Below, in pieces: positions 12,006-21,198 of a stretch of 64,000 nucleotides of DNA. Location of the stretch: NCBI GenBank assembly GCA_964035545.1, contig OZ037770.1, positions 11,676,463-11,740,462 on the forward strand. The letters run 5' to 3'. The DNA comes from Bugula neritina. Lineage: Eukaryota; Animalia; Bryozoa. Positions within the stretch are counted from its first letter, which is position 1. The number at the start of each line of letters is the position of its first letter. The notes beneath the pieces are model-generated. The model was not told where the DNA came from, did no database searches, and saw nothing but the letters and a program-made list of their open reading frames with translations. Both the position numbers and the translations under genes were made by a program.

Positions 12006-14517
12006 CTAATAAAATCACTAATCTTTTATGTGGGTTTAAAGATTGAGCTTCTAACATGCAACTTTAAACATTGGATATCTCCTAATGCTGTTACTGTAGC
12101 CAGATTAGCAATTTTTATTTTGAGGTTATACCCACAAGAAAAAGAATATTTGCACGTTGTAACTTGGGACAATGTTTGGTGATTTCACTATAAATTATAG
12201 TGTGTTATACTTTTTACTTTGTTGAAATTATTGTAATTGTGTAAAATTTTAGAATACCTATTTTGATTGTACAAATATTTGATGAAATTGATAATAAATT
12301 TTGTTGTCTAAAATGAATATCTATTGGAAAAACTTTAAATAAAAAGATTACAAATGTCAGACAAATGCATGCAGCACTTATAGTAATGACAAACCTCCTA
12401 TGCTTCAAGTCAGCTTGAAATAGTTAATGCATTTCGAGTTTACGTTTTGCACAAATTTTAATTTGTATAACATTTTGCTACTACCAAAATATTGTGAATT
12501 TATAAGCAATAATAATATACTCGTGATACCCTTTAGTCAGTATACCATGCAACAGAAATCGTCTTATATTAAAAATGAATGATATTTGTTATGAATAATT
12601 GATGTGAAAAGATTCAATGAGCGAAACCCATGCAACAGAATGATGCAGAAAAGTGAGCATTTAGCAAATGTTCAAACAAGCCAGACAAAATTAAGCAAAT
12701 GCGAATCAAATTTTTCTCAAGTGATTTCTCTTGCTAATAAATTGGAAATTCTCAGGGGTAAAGCATTGTGCTGTCAGCTTAATTATTGAGGCTATACCTT
12801 ACACTGTGCTTAAGAATCTAGTTAAAATTAATCTTGTTAAAAGTATCTTGTTGCCAAGTAATGAGTTTAAGTGTTGTGAACACAATCTGGATTATTCAAT
12901 AAAAATCTATTATTATGAGTTAATGCTCTTGCTGGCCGAAACTCAAGTAATCGATTTTTGCGCAAGAATCCCGTACAATCTGTTTGGTCGTTTTATGCCA
13001 GAACAACTGCAGACTGCGTTAAAGCAAAGCTGTTCATTTTATGCAACTTTTTAGGGATGGATAAAGCACCACCACATGCCAGTTTATTAGATTATTTGTA
13101 GTTCTAATGTCAAGATGTGCACTGCAGGCCAACAGTTGTACTCTCTATTTTAGAATAGCCCAATGTCCTCAGAAAATATCAGTTTAAGATTTTCACTGTT
13201 TTCTCCCCAGTTCTCACATTAAAATAGTTTATAAACATGCTTTTCATGACTTATATTTTGTTATTTTTAACAATTTCATATTTTGCATCTTTTAAATGTT
13301 ATCTGTTTGACATTTATATGGTTTAAAACAGTTACCTCCAGTGTTAATATAATAGACCGAACGTTTTACAACATATCTCCATCACAGATTGCAAGTCAAT
13401 AGTTTTGTAAGTACATTTTGCAATTTCGCACTTCATGTTATAAAAACAGTCCAACAAAACTTCAGATGTTTAATTGAAAGCCCTAAATTGCACTATTTTA
13501 TTACATATTGTTCTCATCATTGACTTAATTATTACTATTTCGCACTGAAAGTATGCATTTGAATAGGCAGCCATGTTGCTATTCCTTCGCGTTTTGGCCA
13601 TTTTCCCTACTCTTTATCTCATTTCTTGTAATAATGTCTTCTTCATTCATATTTTGCTCCAACTATGGTGCCTATTCGTTGTACAATAATTTTTGGCCCA
13701 TATTGTTCTTGACATCCTGTAACATTTCTATTCATCTATATACATGCACCAGCACACACACATTGCTGTGTTCATACACTTTATATAGGATGTCATGTGC
13801 CAATATCTCTGGCAGCCATCTTGCTACATTCTCCTACTCTATATCATCTGTTAATATCAAGGTGGAGTACAAAAACATACCTGAAGGTTTCACTGCTGCG
13901 GAACTTGATGAACTGGCTGCAGTAGGATCAATAAAAGACAATGTAAACTTTATAACTGTAGTTTATCTTGTTATGTTTTCAGATGAATTGGTGTTGGCTG
14001 CAATCTCTTTTACTATAATAATCAGAAAATTAACTTAACGTTAAAATACTAATACATTCTACTTCTAGCGATTTTCCTATGATCATCTCATGCACAAGTT
14101 TCAAAATGGCCATCATTCACTCAATTCATCTGCTTTGATTGAACTGTTATCACATGTTTTATTATTTCATCTTGTTACTTGTTCGTATTATGTTACACTT
14201 TTGTTCCCAATTTAATTAATAACACTGGCGGAAGTGGGTACGTATTTTTACATGACAAAATAGTTTAATACATGTTTATATTGATGATATTGAAGGTAAT
14301 TTTCAAGTTGAAAAATTTTTAAAATTACTTTGCAATTCATGGAGATTTCTCTACGTATCCAGTTTTTTGTTTGATTGGGATAAACACGTTCAGCTAAGCA
14401 TGCAATTAAGACTGTAGCATGAAATAATACAGAGCTGAACTAATTTTTACTTTTTGAAGTCTAAGTATCACATTACCTGCTCTCTCTCTCTCATGTTTCA
14501 ACTTTGTCCATTTGTAG

Positions 14518-15238
14518 CTGAGAGACCCTCCGGCCGAGGGCATGTTTGTTCACGGGATCTATATTTGGGGTGCGTCATGGGAAAAGACGACCGGAGAACT
14601 CATTGACGCTCCTCCGAGACACAGCTGCACTGCACTTCCTGTTATACACGTCACCTGTTGGCCTCTTTCTGAGAAACCTTCAATGCAGGTAATGTGTTGC
14701 CTATCTGCCACTATGAATTTCAAAGAAGGGATAATCCCAAAAAGTTGACTTTATAGAATGTTTATTAGTTTTACTGACTCTAGTATTTTGTCAACAACTT
14801 TTGCAGCTAGCATAACAATCATTGTAATGATGTATTTAATTTTTCTTTTAATCTATTGTTGAAAAATCACATTCTTCAAATAATATATATGTGAGTCCAT
14901 TGTTGAGTTACTCACCATTGTTGGCTATACTGTACAAGACATTGTTATTCCTTTGCCAGGTTTGATATGGCATCAACTTAAAGCATGAATGTTGCTTAGG
15001 ATATTTTCCCACATTGTATATAGCCATAATATTACATATTCTAGTTGCTCTACAAGCTATCAGATTGTATTTATGCCTGTAGGATCCTGTGAAAGTCAAT
15101 GAGACCTATCAATGTCCAGTATTTCCCTCTCGTCTCACTGCTAGAGAACCCATATTTGAGATCGACCTTCGCCATGACAGTATACCAGCCACCCGATGGG
15201 CTCTTCGAGGCCTCAGCGCCACTGTCCGACCTTTCTAG
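14518..15238 (+). CDS. Duplicated last two exons of the dynein heavy chain (14518-14688, 15083-15238); orphan fragment or alternative 3' end
   Basis: Intact AG/GT sites, open frame and stop; protein identical to 9019-9783 except one G>S. Confidence 0.8.
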
Positions 15239-16372
15239 GTCACTGTGACACGTTTACTAGTAACCATCATGTTTTATGGTCTGCATATAGTATTATCCAA
15301 TATATTTGCCAGAATAATATGTCAGCTCATTTTTTCTTTCTAATATATAATTGTTTTAAATCCATCCGATGAACCAAAGATTTATTTTTCTTTTTAATGT
15401 CACACATTTACTAATAACATATTGATTTGATTTTAATTTATTTGTTACCATAAAATTAAATGTTTTCTCATAACCTTCTGTGTTACTAACAACTCACTGT
15501 TTTTAATTTTGGTGCATTTATTATTTTGTTCCGTCCACTTTTGCTGTGATTGTATATTATATAATAATGTTTGTATGAGTTTTTATTTGTTTTATCTATT
15601 TTGTTAATAAATTTATTTCATCAAAGTATCATACGTTTTGTATCTATTTATATTCAATTAACTAAAATACTACCAAATATTTGTCCATCTCCATAAGTGC
15701 AGATGTTTTAGAAGTTGCATTCTATACTTGTAGTATTTATTATCTCTGTTATAAAATCAAACCGTGATCTTGGAAATTCTAATAAACTGTACTGAGCTAT
15801 TATTATCTGGTGTAATGTAAGCACAAGTTTATAGATGTACTGTAGCATTGCCTAGTTTATTGTCAAGTAGACAAAGTAGTTGATTAGCTATGTGACATTC
15901 AACTTACACTGGTTGCTAAACTGGAAGATGCAGTGTCTGTAGCAAGCATACAATTAAAACTGCTACGTGTTCATTATCTGATGCTACAGCTCTATTTTCT
16001 ACTATCTAATAAACTTTTTCTTTAGTAGCCATCTAAAATGCTCAGCATATTTTGAAGAGTCAGTATTGGTTGTAAATTTAATGAGTAGTTGACCAAATAA
16101 CGATTTATAATAACTTATTTCACGTAAATTATGACATGTTAGATTACAAAAAAACACTTGACTAGGAAAATCATTAGATAGGTAAATTGTTTCACTGGAT
16201 AAACTTAAAAACGAAATTTAAAAATTGAGCTAGATGCCTAGGAAAATATGCTAAAGGACATATTGGAATAAAGTCTATGATATATAAGCTTGGAAAACTT
16301 AATAAACAGCTTGAAGAAGTCATAAAATATATATTCTGCAAGTTTGTGTTACAAACAGATAAGAAAACAGAC

Positions 16373-17314
16373 ATGGGAAATTCCAGCTCCGAGCTGATGG
16401 AAATCGAGCTTCTCACGAACGACACAGAGCGATGCTATTCTCCATTTACTCAGATTAGCGACACAGTCAACTGTTTGTCAATTGTTATAAACATTCTTCA
16501 TATACTTATGTTAAACCAGATGAAAGAGTTGAAAACTACCAAGTATTTCTTCATATTAGTTATTATAGGCTCATCCGATGTTCTCGCTGGCATTATTGGA
16601 ATACTATTTTATAGCTGTAAAATTAGGATTCTACTTCTACAACTCACAACTAAAGCCGCTTATTGGATCTTTACTGTCATAGTAAGACTTCTAGGATTTT
16701 CAGTCGTACTCCAGTATCTTGTCCTGTTGATGTCAAGTCTTGAAAGGTATCTAGCTGTTTGTCAACCTTATAAATACAGCACACATCCCTTGATCAACCA
16801 TCTGAAAGCTGTTTTTGGATTGGTCAGTGGCATTTTGGCTGTGTGTTTTGGTTTGTCAAGCATACAAATACAACAACTCCGTGAGAATAGGCTGAATGTG
16901 GTGTTTGTAGCACGAGTGAAACTTCTATGGATAATTTGGGTGGTTACCTTTATTTTGTCAATAATAATAACCGTTCTTCTCGTCAAGGTGTGGAAGGAGC
17001 TGAAAGGATTAACGCCCAATGACTCATCTGACAGACGGCTGATTCGATCAGCCAGCCAATATGTCATATTGACATATGTCATACACCAGTCAACCAATAT
17101 TCCAAACTTGGTACACTTTGTGAGCAAACTGTGTGGTATCCCACTAACGATATCCAACGTGCTTGAAGCTGTCGCAAGTATTGCCCGATCCAGCTACGGT
17201 ATTGCTAATGTATTTCTGTTCATCAGCTTCCATCCTGGTTACATTGTTAAAGTCAAGAAGTATTTCAAAGTGAGAACCTGCACTAGTTCTGTTGCGCCTG
17301 ACAATCTCAGTTGA
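16373..17314 (+). CDS. Intronless rhodopsin-family GPCR, copy 2 (313 aa)
   Basis: ATG at 16373; colinear with copy 1, about 25 amino-acid differences, ERY motif intact. Confidence 0.88.
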   Translation: MGNSSSELMEIELLTNDTERCYSPFTQISDTVNCLSIVINILHILMLNQMKELKTTKYFFILVIIGSSDVLAGIIGILFYSCKIRILLLQLTTKAAYWIFTVIVRLLGFSVVLQYLVLLMSSLERYLAVCQPYKYSTHPLINHLKAVFGLVSGILAVCFGLSSIQIQQLRENRLNVVFVARVKLLWIIWVVTFILSIIITVLLVKVWKELKGLTPNDSSDRRLIRSASQYVILTYVIHQSTNIPNLVHFVSKLCGIPLTISNVLEAVASIARSSYGIANVFLFISFHPGYIVKVKKYFKVRTCTSSVAPDNLS

Positions 17315-17382
17315 TTTAATGTCTGCGGAATCTGCTAGAAAAGGCATGAATTGAGTAAAGTGTATTAGTCATAAAACATAGC

Positions 17383-17488
17383 TGTAGTGTTGCGTTTACT
17401 CAGTAGTCCCTGTGGTGTAATGGTCATCACACTTGTTTGCAAGCCAGAGGTCTTGGGTTCAAATCCCAGTAGAGGCAAACGTTTTATC
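17383..17488 (+). mobile_element. tRNA-containing TG...CA element, 3' terminus eroded
   Basis: TGTAGTGTTGCGTTTACTCAGTAG + A box TGGTGTAATGG + B box GGTTCAAATCC + TTTT. Confidence 0.8.
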
Positions 17489-18571
17489 TTAACATCACTA
17501 ATCTTTTATGTGGGTTTAAAGTTTGAGAGCTTTTAGCATGCTGCAGCTCTAAACACTGAATATCTCCCAATTCTGTTACTGCAGCCAGATTAGCACTATT
17601 CATTTCCAGCTTATACTCACAAAAAAAGAATATTTGCATGTTGTAACTTTTGACAGTGTTTGGTGATCTCACTATAGATTATAGTGTTTCAAGTTTGGGA
17701 CTCTTTAATTTGCTGAGATTATTGTAGTTGTGTAAAATTTTAGAATACCTATGCATTTTTTATTGTACATATATTTGATGACATTGACAATAGGTGTTGT
17801 TTTTGAAAATAAATATTTATTGAAAAAAACCCCAATTAAAATGATTAAAAATGTCAGTCAAATGCATGCAGCACTTATAGCAGTGACAAATATTTTATGC
17901 TTTAAGTCTGCTTGGTTAAAACATATCTTGGGCCTGCAATTTGCACCAACTATAATTGTAAGCTATCAAGAAATAAATCATTTAGTATTTGTATAATATT
18001 TTCCTACTATCAGAAGATCTTAGAATCATGAGGCAATAATAATCATAATCTTGGCTAGTAAATTATGTTAATTGCATGAATGTTGGTCAAAGAAATCTGT
18101 TCTAATGAGCTATTAAAATACATTGAGAAAAACCAATATGTAAGCGAATCGTGCAGGAAAGTGGGCATCAAGCCATCGTTCAAATAATTTAGAGAAAAAA
18201 CTGCTAAACAAGCTCTCATTGGTGAAGTTATAAGGGGTCTGGCTTTGCGCTGTCAGTTTATTAACTGAAGCTATGCACTACAGAGAGTCCAATTTTCTTT
18301 TATATTTCAATCAAATAGAATTCAGCTGAAGTGCCGCAGAAAATCTTTTGAAAACATTATTTTGTTTTCAAGTAATGAGTTAACGTGCAGCTTTGATTTT
18401 TTTTTACTAAAATCTATTTCTATGAGTCAACTATCTTGCCAAGCAAAATTAACCTCCTTTAAGCTCACCAAATTCATGTTATCAATTTTTGTGGGACAAC
18501 TCCACGCAATATGATTGGTCATTTGTTGCCATAGCAACTGCAGACTACACTAAAGCAAAGCTTGTCGCACC

Positions 18572-18676
18572 TGTAGTGTAGAGTTTACTCAGTGGCCTCC
18601 GTGGTGTAATGGTAGCACACTTGCTTGCAAGCCAGAGGACTTGGGTTCGATTCCCAGTGGGGGCAATTATTTTACA
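18572..18676 (+). mobile_element. 105-bp tRNA-containing solo-LTR-like element, TSD GCACC
   Basis: TGTA...TACA termini, GCACC at 18567-18571 and 18677-18681, absent from the paralogous site at ~13031-13040. Confidence 0.9.
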
Positions 18677-19647
18677 GCACCATGCAACTTTTTAGGGATG
18701 AATAAAACGCCACATGCTAGTTTACTGTATCATTTATAGTTCTAAGGCCACGGTTGGCACAGGCCAGCAGCAGACTAGAGCTGATGGTTCAAGGAGTTGT
18801 ACTCTCCATCTTAGAATAATCTATTGTCCTCAAAATATGTCAGTTTAAGATTTTCACTATTTTATCCCCAGCTCTCACATCAATATGGTTTGTAAAGATG
18901 CTTTCATGATTTATGTTTTGTTTTTTTTAATAATTTCATATTTTACATCTTTTAAATGCATCTTTTACAGTTATATAATGCTTTAAAACAATTAACTCCA
19001 GTGTTTATATAATAGACCAAATGTTTTTTAACATATCTCCATCCCAGATTGCAAGTCAATAGTTTTGTAAGTAAGTTTTACAATTTTGCACTTCGTGTTG
19101 CAGAAAAATCCAACAAAACTTCAGACGTTTAATTAAAAGCCCTAAATTGCATAATTTTATCAGTTACTGTTCTCATCATTGGTTTCATCCTATTAATCTT
19201 TCGGGGTCAAAGGGCATCAAGTAATGATTAAGATAGTCACATGCACTACTGCTAGAGAGAAAGTTGCCACTTAATACTATGATTTTAATAAGTTTTAGTG
19301 AAGCAATAAAAATGTGCTTATTGTGTAGGGAGATAACTCTGGCTTCCCAAAAAAATCTATTCCTATTATGAAATGTTAGCTTTTGCATGCCTCCTTTTTG
19401 TGGAATTGACTAAAATTTGGAACTTGTTTTAGCTAAGCTATAAGCCTACTTTAAGTTTTATTAACTTATTAACTAGAAATTTATGAGCTGCGATTAGAAA
19501 AGCAATTGAACTGCTTAGTTGCTAAGAATTATTACAAAACTACTGCAATATCTTTCGCATTTTGGTTATGGAGTTATTATTCCCTCATTTGAAACCTCTG
19601 TATCACTGAATAGCACAGTTTTTCAATTTATCTATGTTAATAAAATA

Positions 19648-19837
19648 CAGCGCCCCCTTTGTATATTACTAATCGGCAGGTCCTAAAACCTCAATTAGTG
19701 ACATAGTAGAATACTGTTAAATTCCGCCATTTTGCCCTAATACGCATATACATAGGCCATGAAACAGGGTCCAAGCTTTTCTGGTGACCTGCGAGATTTT
19801 GTAAGAAATGAATTTGTGAGAGATTGAGGGAGCACTG
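19648..19837. mobile_element. MITE-like element with Tc1/mariner-type TIRs
   Basis: TA|CAGCGCCCCCT ... GAGGGAGCACTG imperfect TIRs; internal sequence (GACATAGTAGAATACT..GTTAAATTC.GCCATTT..AAACAGGG) shared with ~33333-33540. Confidence 0.65.
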
Positions 19838-20535
19838 CATGTAAAATGAGCATTTACAAAACATTTTTATTTCTAAATTGCACAGAAATTTTTAATTTTG
19901 TAAGCTTTATTATACTGGCATAGGAATATTCTGAAGTAATGCATATTTTGCAAAGGTAAAGTTATAAATAAAATGATATTTTATAAAATAAATTTTGCCA
20001 CAGCGCAAAAAATTTAATTGCTTAAAATAAATGCTAATAAAAAAGTTAAAAAAAATTAAATCTACATAACCTACCCATTACAGGGTATCAACTTACTAGT
20101 TTCAAAACTTTGCAGCTTGCAAGATTTGAAATATTGTTATACAAAATTCTGATAAAACGAAATATGTATTATTTATAAGTTACAAAAATATAATTTATAC
20201 AATTTTGAGGGAAGCTATTATGAGCTAGCACACTGTGTCTAGGAACAAAAAGGAATAAAGAACTTTTGAAGTAGGCGCATAGTTAGACCGGGCTAAAATC
20301 TGTTTGGTCAGTTTTGAGTTTAGTTTTTTCAGCATCTTTAGTAGTAGCAGAGTCATGTTTAATGCTTCCATCAGTCAAGTTGTTTTCCTATAAAATAAAG
20401 AAAATATCTGGAAATGTTTTTTTGTATTTTTCTAATGATTACCAAATCCTAAAACATATTGTTAATAAATAATATGATTCCAGTAAGAATATTACTGGCA
20501 ACTTTTTGTCAAATTGTAAATGGAATTAACCTTAC

Positions 20536-20641
20536 TGCAGTGTTGAGTTTACCCGGTGGTGCCGGTGGTGTAATGGTTAGCACGCCTGCTTACAACTCAG
20601 AGGTCTCGGGTTCAAACCCCAGTGGAGGCAAAACTTTTATA
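20536..20641 (+). mobile_element. 106-bp tRNA-containing solo-LTR-like element, TSD CTTAC
   Basis: TGCA...TATA (CA>TA) termini with CTTAC on both sides; A and B boxes intact. Confidence 0.85.
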
Positions 20642-21198
20642 CTTACTTACTGTGTTCAGAAGGGTTTATACAAATACAAATTGAAGGATAAAAATTGATG
20701 GCTTATTTGCAATCAGCAGAATTTTCAGAAAGTTTAGTTTACTAAGAAAGATTTTTGCTGATTTTGTGTTGTAAATAAGCGTAATATTGCAAAATATAGC
20801 TCTGATCAGTGTGAATCTCAGAATGAGAAAAAAAAATCAACACTAAAGATTTAGCTAACAATCTAAGAGACAACCTTTGAGAATGTTGTCTATTAGCCTA
20901 AAGTTAAGGGCAACAATCATGCTGGCAAACTAAATCATTTACAACCTCAAAGTCTAATATCGTTTAATTATCATAAATTATGTAACAGTTATCAAAATAT
21001 TTTGGCTAAATGAATAAGTTATATAACGATCAGTAATATGGTCATAAATTATTTTAATTTGCATAAAATCTATGCTCCCTTAACTTCAAACTCTGAGGAG
21101 AAAGATAACTTCTAAACAAAAACCAAATCCATATTAGTTGCAGGTCAATTTATAATACCATTGATAATTTTTATCTCAAAAGTACAACTCTGTTTTCT

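Larger units (their letters stand above)
7890..19181 (+). repeat. Tandem segmental duplication, ~5.65 kb unit (copy 1 ~7890-13522; copy 2 ~13540-19181)
   Basis: Colinear similarity throughout. Starts: GTATGCATTTAAATAGGCAGCC / GTATGCATTTGAATAGGCAGCC. Ends: TGTTCTCATCATTG in both. Each unit has the dynein last two exons, 3' UTR, a GPCR and a tRNA-like element. Confidence 0.95.

Noticed and set aside
18595-18666. tRNA-like sequences (also ~17405, ~20560, ~34495) as functional tRNA genes
   Set aside because: The anticodon arm is mispaired or short and differs among copies; they are embedded in a TSD-flanked repeat.
18571-18677. Alternative reading of the element as CTG...CAG with a 3-bp TSD
   Set aside because: The 20536 copy is followed by CTTAC rather than G, which fits only TG...CA(TA) with a 5-bp TSD.
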